Below, piece by piece: positions 18,637-27,865 of a stretch of DNA of 64,000 bases. The stretch is taken from positions 64,001 through 128,000 of the IMG/VR virus record IMGVR_UViG_3300025150_000002; one strand, given 5' to 3'. Position 1 is the stretch's first letter. Each line of letters opens with the position of its first letter. The notes beneath the pieces were generated by a model. That model did no database searches. It was not told where the DNA came from and was given only the letters and a program-made list of their open reading frames with translations. Position numbers and translations under genes: made by a program. This DNA is from a virus (Duplodnaviria > Caudoviricetes).

Positions 18637-18973
18637 GGACTACGACTGCCAGGCCTGCGGGGCGTGTTGCATCTCCAACTGGGACACCGAGACCTACATC
18701 TATGTCTCGGACAACGACATCAGGCGCCTCCGGATGGCATATGCCGAGCCGACCGTTAAGCGCCTCGTTGGCGGACTGGACGATCCCATGGAGCAAGGAA
18801 TACGCACCAAGAAGAACACCCAGGGCCACATCGCCTGCATTGCACTGCGCGGCGCTGTAGGAAAGCGGTGCTCGTGCGGAATCTACGAGGCACGGCCCAA
18901 GGTGTGCCGAGGCTTTAAGCCGGGGTCAGAGTCGTGCCAGTATGCCCGCCAAGAGGCGGGCATTGACACCTAG
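18629..18973 (+). CDS. CxxCxxCC zinc/iron-chelating protein (YkgJ-like)
   Basis: CQACGACC, CIAL, CGIYEARPKVCRGF, C motifs. Confidence 0.8.
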   Translation: MSEDYDCQACGACCISNWDTETYIYVSDNDIRRLRMAYAEPTVKRLVGGLDDPMEQGIRTKKNTQGHIACIALRGAVGKRCSCGIYEARPKVCRGFKPGSESCQYARQEAGIDT

Positions 18974-19272
18974 CCTTGTTGAACCGCCGACCTGGGAAGT
19001 CGCCAGTAGGTTCCATCAGAACGCGCTTGCAGGATGGAGCCGCTCCCTACGTTGTAGGTCTGGTCCAGCCTGTCGATCTCCACCTGGGCCGCGAGCGCCT
19101 TCATCCGGGCGAGCTCGACCTGTAGGTCAGCTACCAGTGATCGGAGGTTCGCCGCCTCGGCGGTTACCTCCCGCAGCCGGGCTGCAAGAAATACAGACGC
19201 ATCGACCTGAACAGGGACATCGGCGGACGCCGGTGACAAGCCCTCCTGCGCGGTGGTCGTATTCTGGTCCAT
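18970..19272 (-). CDS. Hypothetical coiled-coil protein
   Basis: 100 aa with a GGAG SD. Confidence 0.6.
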   Translation of the reverse strand: MDQNTTTAQEGLSPASADVPVQVDASVFLAARLREVTAEAANLRSLVADLQVELARMKALAAQVEIDRLDQTYNVGSGSILQARSDGTYWRLPRSAVQQG

Positions 19273-19350
19273 CTATCACTCCGAGGGTAAGTCCGCCCGC
19301 ACATTGAGGGCGGCCGTTTAGTGTTTAGGCTTCGGCAGACGTTGTGCCAA

Positions 19351-21408
19351 CTACGCCATCAGTCCGAGGTCTCGGAGCGTTGTTCTGATCGTATTGATCT
19401 TAGCAGTCAGATCCGAGAAGTTGTCGTTGATGGTAGCGTCGTCCCCTGTACCAGCTACGGCCACGACCGTGTCGTTAGCCGTGCCGCCAGTACTGTCTGT
19501 TAGCGCCACCATATCCACCGGCTGGGCGACTAGGGCTGCTCCGAAAAACCCAACCTGAGTTGATGTAAGCCGATGAAAATCGGCTCCGATGACCGCGCTG
19601 GTCCCGAAATACCCGGTGCGTGGGCGAGTGGCGCCATCTGCGCCGATGTCGTAGGTGTCGTCTGCTACCGCCAACAGGTGACCGGAGTTTGTGACCTGCC
19701 AGCGGCCAACCCCGGCCGTGTCTAGCTGAACTCGCCCGTGGGTTCCACCTCCGGCGGCTATACCACCGCGAACAAACGCGTTGGCACCGTGGTTATTGTT
19801 GGAGACGCCGTCCCCGCCCTTGAGAATACCGTCGGCGGCCAGACTAACCAGCGTGGCGCTGGCATCACCTCCGCTAAAGGTGCCGGTCCCGGACACCCCG
19901 CCTACAGCGTCTGTGACCCCTCCTCTTACCACCAGAGGTCCGGCGGTGGTTCCGGGCCCTCCCTCAACGGTGACTGCGCCTCCGGTAATACTAGGGCCAG
20001 CACCACCGACCACCAAAACAGCGCCGCCTCCAGCGGCACCGGATCCACCTCTGATCTCAGCTAACCCACCAACGCCGGACGCACCACCGCTACCACCTCG
20101 AAACCGGCTAGCGCCGCCAGCCCCGGTGGTTAGCCCATTACCGGCGATGAGGTCAAGACTGGCTCCGTCGACGGTGGCGCTGATGGAATCGACACCACGA
20201 ATAGTGGTGACCGCCCCCTCTAGTCCGATGTTCAGTTGTAGTCCGGCTGGATCCCAGTGGACCAGATTTGACCCGTCACTGGCGGCGAATTCCCCTGGCG
20301 CGTTAGCAACAGATGTCGATCCGATATTCAACCAGTTTGTGATCGATACGCCCTCACCCACAATCACCTGCGTGGACAGTACCTGTTGGGTGTTACCAGG
20401 CGCTCCGGCGGGCGCAGTTCGGAGCTGGATGGTGCTTGGTGTGGCGTTGCCGGTCCCAGGGCCCGCGACGATGATAAGGTCAGACCCAGCCTCGTTGGTT
20501 TGAGCAGTACTGATCCTAGAGGACGAGACGGTTACCGATTGAGCGGTGGTGCCCACCTCACCCTTACCGAGGTAGAAAACAGCGATCGGGTTTGACTGCG
20601 ACCCGAACACGAACTGGTTTACGGCCGTGGTGGCGGCGCCCGCACCCCAGGCGTGCGCTCCGTCGAACGTCGATGCGGCCCCACGTCCCCACGCAGAGCT
20701 GTCGACACCCGAAGCTCCCGCGCCGTATCCGACCGCTTGAGCTCCGGCCGCCGTGGCCGAACTGCTAGCCCCGACAACCACTGTCTCAATGGCTGTGGCG
20801 GACGATGATCGGCCGGAGGCTACGCTATCCTGCGCGGCGGCGGCGCTGCTTCCAACGGCAACGCTAAAATCACCAGAAGTGGAGGCGCCGGCTCCGATGG
20901 CCGTCGAGTTGGCAAAGGGAGTTGACGCCGCGTTTCCGACCGCCAGCGAAGACGCTCCAGCAGCAACAGACCCCAGTCCAAACCGCTCGCTTGAGCCCCC
21001 GGCGCCAGGTGAACTAATGGCGCCGTTTACGACCAGGAGTCCGGTCGTAAATCCTCCAGGCGCGGCATCAATGGTGAACTTGACGGTGCCTGAAGGCGAT
21101 GCCAACCCAGCGCTCACCTGATCTGCGTCATTGACCAGACGAACCAGCGACCCGGTGTCGTGCCACCCCGCGTCCACGCCTGGGCCCGTGGGCCCCTCTG
21201 GACCCGCCACAACGGTGAACCCGGTCGCTGGCGGACCAACAGTTTCGGTGATTTTGTTCGCTGCTAGAAGCCGAGCTACGGATGGGTTGCTCGACAGCGA
21301 TGTGAAAACGGCGCCCGGTGCATAGCTCGTCGACCCGTAACCATCTACCTCTTCCACGACGACGGGGAGTGGGGAGACCACAAGGTATGTCGTAAGCACT
21401 GCTTGCAT
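19351..21408 (-). CDS. Tail fibre/adhesin-like protein with YadA-like beta-roll repeats
   Basis: About 14-aa repeats (SLAVG, STAIG, SVAVG, SAWG, AHAWG), a glycine-rich shaft and a C-terminal trimer-type helix. Confidence 0.75.
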   Translation of the reverse strand: MQAVLTTYLVVSPLPVVVEEVDGYGSTSYAPGAVFTSLSSNPSVARLLAANKITETVGPPATGFTVVAGPEGPTGPGVDAGWHDTGSLVRLVNDADQVSAGLASPSGTVKFTIDAAPGGFTTGLLVVNGAISSPGAGGSSERFGLGSVAAGASSLAVGNAASTPFANSTAIGAGASTSGDFSVAVGSSAAAAQDSVASGRSSSATAIETVVVGASSSATAAGAQAVGYGAGASGVDSSAWGRGAASTFDGAHAWGAGAATTAVNQFVFGSQSNPIAVFYLGKGEVGTTAQSVTVSSSRISTAQTNEAGSDLIIVAGPGTGNATPSTIQLRTAPAGAPGNTQQVLSTQVIVGEGVSITNWLNIGSTSVANAPGEFAASDGSNLVHWDPAGLQLNIGLEGAVTTIRGVDSISATVDGASLDLIAGNGLTTGAGGASRFRGGSGGASGVGGLAEIRGGSGAAGGGAVLVVGGAGPSITGGAVTVEGGPGTTAGPLVVRGGVTDAVGGVSGTGTFSGGDASATLVSLAADGILKGGDGVSNNNHGANAFVRGGIAAGGGTHGRVQLDTAGVGRWQVTNSGHLLAVADDTYDIGADGATRPRTGYFGTSAVIGADFHRLTSTQVGFFGAALVAQPVDMVALTDSTGGTANDTVVAVAGTGDDATINDNFSDLTAKINTIRTTLRDLGLMA

Positions 21409-21502
21409 GATGGCCCCAACGGGTGACGCTTTATCGCCTAGTATACACCGTCGGCATCACCTAAATCCGTAGTCCGGAAACCTACTCGGCGGGCTAGAGC
21501 AG

Positions 21503-21727
21503 TTAGTCGTTGATAGGGCCAGGAAAAGTGAACCTCCGATTGCGGTGTGGTCTCCGCACTCGCGCCAACCCGCCCACCGCTGGTGGTAGCCCATCCAGAG
21601 TGTGGATGAAGGCTGGTCCCTGAATAACCCCCGGAACACCTTGAGATTGATGGCTGAACGCAGGGCCTTGAACCAGTCCTGGCGGCCCTTCCGCAAGGTG
21701 GATAAACGCCGGGCCTTGAACAGCCAT
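21503..21727 (-). CDS. Small protein with three (V/I)QGPAFxH repeats
   Basis: 74 aa, ATG 2 nt after the upstream stop. 16-aa periodicity. Confidence 0.7.
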   Translation of the reverse strand: MAVQGPAFIHLAEGPPGLVQGPAFSHQSQGVPGVIQGPAFIHTLDGLPPAVGGLARVRRPHRNRRFTFPGPIND

Positions 21728-21729
21728 TC

Positions 21730-23166
21730 CTACACCGTCTCAGGAACCAGCACAGTTAGATTGGTTCCGTTGAGGATCGAGTCCGTGAAGAAATCCCAGG
21801 TGACAGTGTTCACAGTGGTGCCATCTGCAGTCACGCCCTGAACCTGGTTCCCAACCCGGGTTCCACCCCCTGTGGCTGTCCCGGTCAGTGTCGCCAAAGC
21901 CACTGCGCCCTGCTGGGCGACTGATCGTCGAAACTGAACGTCTACGGTTCCACCGCCCGAGGCTATAAACGCAATGGACTCTCCTCCCGGGACAGGAGTA
22001 ACGGATACGATCCGAACGCCGTCTTGGGTCGGCGTGTAGAAGTAAGCGCCGCCGTTTCTAGTGGAATGATGCATTGAGTCGCGCACAGCGCCGCCCGATC
22101 CTACGAACGTGATCAACGTTGCGGGCCCTTGCCATTGGCGGATACTAAACGGTGTGCTGGGCGCGGAGTCCTCGCTAAACGCAAGATAGGTCAGCAGTGT
22201 ACCAGGAGACGTCTCTGTGTCCTGCACTAGATGGCAACGCTTTGTTAGGCTGGCGCTTGCACTGCCGCCATCGCCGGTAGCGATAAGGTCCGTCGTAAGC
22301 ACGCCGCTTGTGATGTCTGTCATCCCGGTCCCATCGAAAGGAGATGGGATGCGACTGCACCTCCACCCATAAGAAACGTTGTTGATGAAGTGGATCGAGA
22401 ACAGATCAGTACCGTCCGAGAAAAGCGCCAACCGTGTTTCACCGTTGGTGCTTATTACACCTGGTGTCGCCTCAATGACGGCAGCCGCTGACCAGGCACC
22501 TGTGAACTTTAGTAGTCTGATCGTGGACGGACTGGTTGTAAACACCGATAGGTAAAGCACACCGTCTGGACCAATGGCGAACGACGATATGGCGTAGTGT
22601 GAGAACCCAGAGGAGTAGGTAGCCCATGTAGCGGTGGTTGGATCGAAAGAATACAGGACCGCGTTAGACGCGAGTCCGTGTAGAACGTGAATAGTCGTAC
22701 CGTAGAGGATCTCTGCTCCTAGGATAAAGGACGCATTTGATGGGCCCAAGACCTCAGCAGTTGCCCCGTCACTGAGCCTGTAGCTCCAACCAACCATGGT
22801 GTTGGTGACACTACTCTTGAACCATCCGGCGAGATAGGTTTCCTGGGTTCCTGGATCGTAGACAAAGTGGATCCCACCATGTCCGATCCTTAAATCAGTG
22901 GACGCTGCGGGTGAAGTGAACGCGAACACGCTGGTAAAGGTAGCGCCACCGTCTATGCTTCGATAGAGGCCGTCGAACAGGACAGCCCAAAGTCGATCGC
23001 TGTCCGTTTGAAGGCAGCAATTCAGCGGATTATGGGCGTTCGCCCCCTCCGCGCTTATGTTCGTTCCGAAGGCTGCGCTCAGGGCGATCTTGGAGAACCC
23101 TCCGACGTATCGGTAGACGATAGGCTGAGCGACACCTCGCTCGGTTACGGAAAGCCAGTCAGCCAT
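21730..23166 (-). CDS. Virion structural protein (beta-propeller-like)
   Basis: 478 aa with aromatic/Ser/Thr-rich beta-strand pattern, inside the fibre operon. Confidence 0.65.
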   Translation of the reverse strand: MADWLSVTERGVAQPIVYRYVGGFSKIALSAAFGTNISAEGANAHNPLNCCLQTDSDRLWAVLFDGLYRSIDGGATFTSVFAFTSPAASTDLRIGHGGIHFVYDPGTQETYLAGWFKSSVTNTMVGWSYRLSDGATAEVLGPSNASFILGAEILYGTTIHVLHGLASNAVLYSFDPTTATWATYSSGFSHYAISSFAIGPDGVLYLSVFTTSPSTIRLLKFTGAWSAAAVIEATPGVISTNGETRLALFSDGTDLFSIHFINNVSYGWRCSRIPSPFDGTGMTDITSGVLTTDLIATGDGGSASASLTKRCHLVQDTETSPGTLLTYLAFSEDSAPSTPFSIRQWQGPATLITFVGSGGAVRDSMHHSTRNGGAYFYTPTQDGVRIVSVTPVPGGESIAFIASGGGTVDVQFRRSVAQQGAVALATLTGTATGGGTRVGNQVQGVTADGTTVNTVTWDFFTDSILNGTNLTVLVPETV

Positions 23167-23690
23167 TAGATTGTCTCCCGGCTATTCACAAGCACAGTAA
23201 ATTGACCTCTAGGACCGAGGCTGAGATAGTCGGCTCCGTCGTTAGACCCGCCGCTGAGGTTAGTGAGCGCCTGAAGTCCAACAGACGATAACCCGTCGCC
23301 GCCGGCCTCAATCGTTACTAGCGCAGCAACAGTTGATGAGACGGCCGCAACAAAATCGGCGGCCGTCGGAGCGATAGATTCACCCGCGCTATCCGTGCCG
23401 AAGATGATGGTAATGGCCGATCCAACTACCGACGCGTTCAGCTCCCGATCTTCGTTTCCAAGGCCGGTGGCGCCGACGAGGTGCTCAACAGTGATGGTGT
23501 TGCCCCACTCGCCACCGCGTGCAGTGTAGGTAACGTCTCCGTTTCCGTCCGATCCAGCCACGACTAGGGAGGCTGAGCTGCCGCCCGTGATGGCATCCGC
23601 CCTCACTGGACCGCGTGTGGTCTTGACCAACTGATCATCTGGGAGCGGACCATGAACATCACGTCCGCAGTTTGTATAGATGTACTGCAT
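23166..23690 (-). CDS. Virion protein with sheath-like segment
   Basis: VTYTARGGEWGNTITV resembles the sheath segment FTANGQGVWGNDLKI. Also contains LTNLSGGSND. Confidence 0.6.
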   Translation of the reverse strand: MQYIYTNCGRDVHGPLPDDQLVKTTRGPVRADAITGGSSASLVVAGSDGNGDVTYTARGGEWGNTITVEHLVGATGLGNEDRELNASVVGSAITIIFGTDSAGESIAPTAADFVAAVSSTVAALVTIEAGGDGLSSVGLQALTNLSGGSNDGADYLSLGPRGQFTVLVNSRETI

Positions 23691-23705
23691 GTTGACCTAT
23701 CTTGG

Positions 23706-24041
23706 TTAGGCGATTCGGTTAACCCAGCCGACGACGTTCACGCCGGCGGCGTCTGCGAAGGCTGTGACAACCAAACTGTTTGAAAGCACAAGCCCGGGTG
23801 AGACAAGCACAAGCCCGGTGTTCTGGTCGATCTGGACTACGATCAGATTCCCTGATGCAGCGCCGCCGTACTCGATGGTCAGGGTCCTCTGAGCACCGGA
23901 CGTGTTCACAGCGTAAATCCAAACCTCGTCCTTGCTCGTAGCGTGGGCGGTATGCACCGTATCACCAAGGGTCGCGGTTTGAGTTATCGCAATAGGCTGA
24001 CCGTTAGTCGACCCACTTAGAAATTCCTTCGTGATTGCCAT
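23706..24041 (-). CDS. Small virion protein
   Basis: GGAG SD, 111 aa, beta-sandwich-like sequence. Confidence 0.65.
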   Translation of the reverse strand: MAITKEFLSGSTNGQPIAITQTATLGDTVHTAHATSKDEVWIYAVNTSGAQRTLTIEYGGAASGNLIVVQIDQNTGLVLVSPGLVLSNSLVVTAFADAAGVNVVGWVNRIA

Positions 24042-24049
24042 TATCGCTC

Positions 24050-24937
24050 CTAGGAGAAGACTTGCGCTATCAGAGCTACTTGTCCTAGTAGCTCATTGAT
24101 AGCCGCAACTACCTCTGTAGATGTGGTATCCAGCCCCACACTCAGGTCGAGCGAGCTCTGGGCTCCGGTGACCGCATCCCCTGAAGTCATCGAGATGTCA
24201 CTGCCGCCGGTGGAATTTGCGACCCCAAGCGTCGCTGCTAGCCCGGTGGATGCAATAGTTACATCGGTGGCGGTCGGTGTAAGGCCTATGCCAGCCCCCG
24301 CAGTCAGACCTCTGAACGGCAAATCAGCGCCGGACTTAGCCAGAGGTAGGGCGACGGTCCCGCCAGCACTACTAGACGTGTTGGCCTCTGCAGTCGTTGC
24401 GATCGTGACATCTGTCGCTGTTGGGGTGAGCGTAACCGCAGTACCTGCAGTCAGACCTCTGAACGGCAGATCAGCGCCGGACTTAGCCAGAGGTAGCGCC
24501 ACCGTTCCACCCGCGCTGCTGCTGGTGTTGGCCTCTGCAGTCGTTGCGATCGTGACATCTGTCGCTGTTGGGGTGAGCGTAACCGCAGTACCTGCAGTCA
24601 GACCTCTGAACGGCAAGTCGAACACCACCTTGGCCAAGGCAAGACCGACATCGCCGCCTGCGTTACTAGAGGTGTTGGGCTCCGCTGTTCCTGCCGGCCC
24701 AGTCGGACCCGTCGGGCCCTGCTGTCCAGTAACAAGGGCGAACCCTTGCAGCGTTTGGCCTCCGCCCATAACCTCGACAATCCGCCCATCCGCGAGCAGC
24801 TGGCGAACCGAGAAGTTGTTCTCCCTAGCCTGAAACGTCGCACCAGGCTGGTAGCTGATGGCGCTTCCGTCGAGCGGTTCCTCGATCACTATGGGTGTCG
24901 GGGACGTTACGAAATAGGTCTTGATTGTCCAGGCCAT
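24050..24937 (-). CDS. Fibre-like virion protein with internal repeats
   Basis: Collagen-like GPTGPTGPAG, three 49-aa repeats, C-terminal VAAINELL. Confidence 0.7.
   Translation of the reverse strand: MAWTIKTYFVTSPTPIVIEEPLDGSAISYQPGATFQARENNFSVRQLLADGRIVEVMGGGQTLQGFALVTGQQGPTGPTGPAGTAEPNTSSNAGGDVGLALAKVVFDLPFRGLTAGTAVTLTPTATDVTIATTAEANTSSSAGGTVALPLAKSGADLPFRGLTAGTAVTLTPTATDVTIATTAEANTSSSAGGTVALPLAKSGADLPFRGLTAGAGIGLTPTATDVTIASTGLAATLGVANSTGGSDISMTSGDAVTGAQSSLDLSVGLDTTSTEVVAAINELLGQVALIAQVFS
24245..24685 (-). repeat. Three tandem 147-bp coding repeats
   Basis: CAGTCAGACCTCTGAACGGCA recurs at 24301, 24448 and 24595 (147-nt spacing). Confidence 0.9.
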
Positions 24938-25009
24938 AGGGTGCCCTCGACGTGATCTAACGCCTGGGCATCAGTATACACTGATGATGCGCCTGCATCT
25001 AAGAACCGA

Positions 25010-25366
25010 TTACGCCTTGTCGGGAATTACTGGAAACAGCTCGGACGAGAAGGTCTTCTCGACAGCAGACCGGCACAGCAACCCGTCGCAGAATCCGCGC
25101 TTGAGCACATCACTGGTGTTGGCCTTGACCCAGTTGATGATAGCGTCGCAACGGGGGTCCTGCGCGTCCCAAGCTAGCAGGAACCCTTCTTCGTAGCCCT
25201 CGGTGAGCTGCTCGCGGAGATCCTCTGTCGCAACCCCGTGGTGGATAGCTAGGGCGTCGATCGCGCACCCTCCACGACTGTCAGTCGTTGTCCAGGCGCA
25301 GCGAATGGGGATCAGGTTGGTCGCAGCATAAGCCTTGACGACGTCGTCGGGTAGGACACGGATCAT
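25010..25366 (-). CDS. Hypothetical protein
   Basis: AGGAGG SD before ATG 25366. Confidence 0.7.
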   Translation of the reverse strand: MIRVLPDDVVKAYAATNLIPIRCAWTTTDSRGGCAIDALAIHHGVATEDLREQLTEGYEEGFLLAWDAQDPRCDAIINWVKANTSDVLKRGFCDGLLCRSAVEKTFSSELFPVIPDKA

Positions 25367-25428
25367 CGGGCACCTCCTGCCATCAGTCAATCTACCAATG
25401 GTGGACCCTTTGTTAGTGCCTGTGTGCC

Positions 25429-25911
25429 CTAAGATTGCCGCTTTTTGTTCTCCGCGTCCTCCGCGTCCTCCGCGTCCTCTACGGCCTCGACGATGTCATC
25501 GAGCACGGTCCGCAACTCGTAGTTGGATGGATCGAGCAATACATCAACGCCCGAAACCGAAACGTCCTCAATCGTGGCTCCTACACCTCTGAGGACACCC
25601 GGCCGTTGTATCCCACCCTCAAGCATCGCTCTCAGATACTTACCTGCCTCGGTGTCCAGAACCTCGATGTCAACCAGAAGTGATCTCCCTTTGACACGAG
25701 CTGTTGGAAGAACGACGTGAGAGGCATCGTTGATGCGGGTTCGACCGTCTATGGGCGGGTCTATCTGGCCGAGCATCTGACGGCCCTGAGCCCTATCGTT
25801 GATCTTGGTCGCAAGCTTTTCCAGCAAGTTACGAGAGACGCGCTGACCCAGTCCCGGCTCCTCATTCAAGGTGCTCGGAACGACGACAACGCACTTGAAC
25901 GAGTCAGCCAT
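25429..25911 (-). CDS. Degenerate T4 gp21-like prohead protease homologue
   Basis: LGQIDPP, ASHV, EVLDTEAGKYLRAML and PGVLRGVG match the gp21 pattern. Catalytic His and Ser positions are substituted. Confidence 0.6.
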   Translation of the reverse strand: MADSFKCVVVVPSTLNEEPGLGQRVSRNLLEKLATKINDRAQGRQMLGQIDPPIDGRTRINDASHVVLPTARVKGRSLLVDIEVLDTEAGKYLRAMLEGGIQRPGVLRGVGATIEDVSVSGVDVLLDPSNYELRTVLDDIVEAVEDAEDAEDAENKKRQS

Positions 25912-25992
25912 GCGGTAGTTATACCGAATTACGGACAGTCGATGCATTCGATCGCCGATTCGTTACGAGCAGAAAGTGGGTAGAAGAACACC

Positions 25993-26448
25993 ATGAACAA
26001 GCGAACGCACCGAGACAAGAAACACCCCAATATGCAGGATCTCATGCTCGACCTGATCGAGCAGAGCTCCTTCAACGCCTTCGACGGGCACCAGGTCCAT
26101 GACGACCTGCGCGAGGCCTTCGCGCTCTGGGACGCAGCCTCGCTGATCCCTGACAGCGCTGGGTTGTTCATCCGCGACCTTCCGGATGGGAGCTTCCACT
26201 GCGACACGCTCTACATTCTGACCACCAAGGACCGGTGGAAGAGGTTGCGGCCCATCGTCGAGAACTGGCGGGCCGACAGCATCACGAAGATCACCAGCAA
26301 GGGGACCAAGGTCGCCAATCGATGGAACTCCGACGATAGCGAAACCTACTCGTACAAGAAGTACGAGAGTCAGAATGTGGGCTCCTTTCTGGGCTCCTTC
26401 CAGGGTAAGGAGGACGACCGCGTTGTTCTCTGCCTTTGGTGGGACTAA
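25993..26448 (+). CDS. Hypothetical protein
   Basis: 151 aa, GC3-rich, ends LCLWWD. Confidence 0.7.
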   Translation: MNKRTHRDKKHPNMQDLMLDLIEQSSFNAFDGHQVHDDLREAFALWDAASLIPDSAGLFIRDLPDGSFHCDTLYILTTKDRWKRLRPIVENWRADSITKITSKGTKVANRWNSDDSETYSYKKYESQNVGSFLGSFQGKEDDRVVLCLWWD

Positions 26449-26587
26449 TGGCCGCCAAGCGCCGAACCCGCAAACGGGTTCCGAAAGGTGATTACACACT
26501 GCGTTACTGCCGCGTGTGCTTCGGTTTTCCGATGAAGATCATCGACGGGACAAGCGGCCTTGCACCTTGGGCAGTAGAACGGTGTCA

Positions 26588-27766
26588 TTAGACGGAACCT
26601 CTTCTTGTCCTGTTTATACCGCGACGCTTGATCTCTCCATGGACCACATCGCGGCTCAGTCCGGTCTTCTGCGCAACCGTGGTGATGGAGTCGCCTGCGG
26701 CGTAGAGATTTGCGGCCCGATCGCGGTCCTCCTGAGGAACCCGGGCCCGGTTCGACTGAGCCTTGGTGGTAACGCGGCCCGTCGACTTCAAGAAGCTGCT
26801 TACGGTGCTGGAACCCCTCTGGATAACCTCGGCAATATTGGCGTAGGACATGCCCTCGTCGAACAGGTTCATCGCCTGGAGTCGCTCCTTGTTCGACATC
26901 CTGGAAGGAGATCCAGCAAACTTGACGCGAGCCGGCTGGTTGCAAATCTCTACATCAAGGATGCCTCTCTTCTTGAGATCGGCCTCCTCCCAAACCTCGA
27001 ACGGGAGCTCCGGGTGGTCCTGCCTGAAGAGGTTCATGCGGCGCTCACATGCCTCGGACAGCCAGCCCTTGACCTCGATGATCTGGGCTACCGACCCATC
27101 AGTTGCGTAGACCCAGAAATCCGGCGTGTAGCGACGGCGCTTACCGTCATCGTCTACTACATAGCTCTTGAGCTCGTAGTCCCAGAGTGCTCCCCGGTCG
27201 TCCAACCACTGAGCGGTGCAGACCTCCCACAAGCTACGCATAAGGTGCTCACGACCCCTGGCGTCGGACCACCTGAGCCCTACGGACTCCAGATGATTGC
27301 GCCGTTGAACCCCAGCGTCGTCGAGCGCCTTATTGATCGCGTCTCGGGAGCACTTGAACTTGATGGCCAGGAAACTAGAGGAGAACCCGTTGGTGTAATG
27401 TTCGACGATGGTCTGCTTGTCGCCCTCATCAGAGATCCGTGGCGGGGCTCCGGAGGGGCGGAAATCGTCGTAGCCGGTCTTGAGCAACCTTCGCCTTATG
27501 GTCGATGCGTCGGTGTCGAACTTCTCAGCAATCTCAGATAGCGTTTGGCCGCCAGTGTAGAGATTGGCGCACTGGTCTACATCAACGGCTGTCAAGGCTC
27601 TACGCCGCTTAGTTCGGCGTCGTGAAACCCCCACCTCATCAATGATCCTGTAAGCCGTCTGGTGGGAACAACCAACTAATCTGGCGATTTCGTTGGGACT
27701 TTTACCCTCCTTGGCCAACTCAATGATTTGTAAGCGCTCTTGATTGGATAGGCGACGTCCAGACAT
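26588..27766 (-). CDS. Free-standing PD-(D/E)xK-type homing endonuclease with multiple HTH repeats
   Basis: MRSLWE..WDYE..RYTPDFW..IEVKGW. HTH modules on both sides. Paralogue of 14033. Confidence 0.75.
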   Translation of the reverse strand: MSGRRLSNQERLQIIELAKEGKSPNEIARLVGCSHQTAYRIIDEVGVSRRRTKRRRALTAVDVDQCANLYTGGQTLSEIAEKFDTDASTIRRRLLKTGYDDFRPSGAPPRISDEGDKQTIVEHYTNGFSSSFLAIKFKCSRDAINKALDDAGVQRRNHLESVGLRWSDARGREHLMRSLWEVCTAQWLDDRGALWDYELKSYVVDDDGKRRRYTPDFWVYATDGSVAQIIEVKGWLSEACERRMNLFRQDHPELPFEVWEEADLKKRGILDVEICNQPARVKFAGSPSRMSNKERLQAMNLFDEGMSYANIAEVIQRGSSTVSSFLKSTGRVTTKAQSNRARVPQEDRDRAANLYAAGDSITTVAQKTGLSRDVVHGEIKRRGINRTRRGSV

Positions 27767-27771
27767 GCAGA

Positions 27772-27825
27772 AACTCCTGGTGGATCACCACCAGGAGTTC
27801 TACTTCGCCGAGTTGTGGTTGTCAA
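27772..27825 (-). promoter_or_regulatory. SD-sequestering hairpin with overlapping sigma70-like promoter
   Basis: 12-bp stem (27772-27799) whose 3' arm holds AGGAG just upstream of ATG 27766. TTGACA (27825-27820), 17 nt, TAGAAC (27802-27797). Confidence 0.65.
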
Positions 27826-27865
27826 GATCGCCGACTACAGTCGGCGTCGACCCAACACCTTGATG

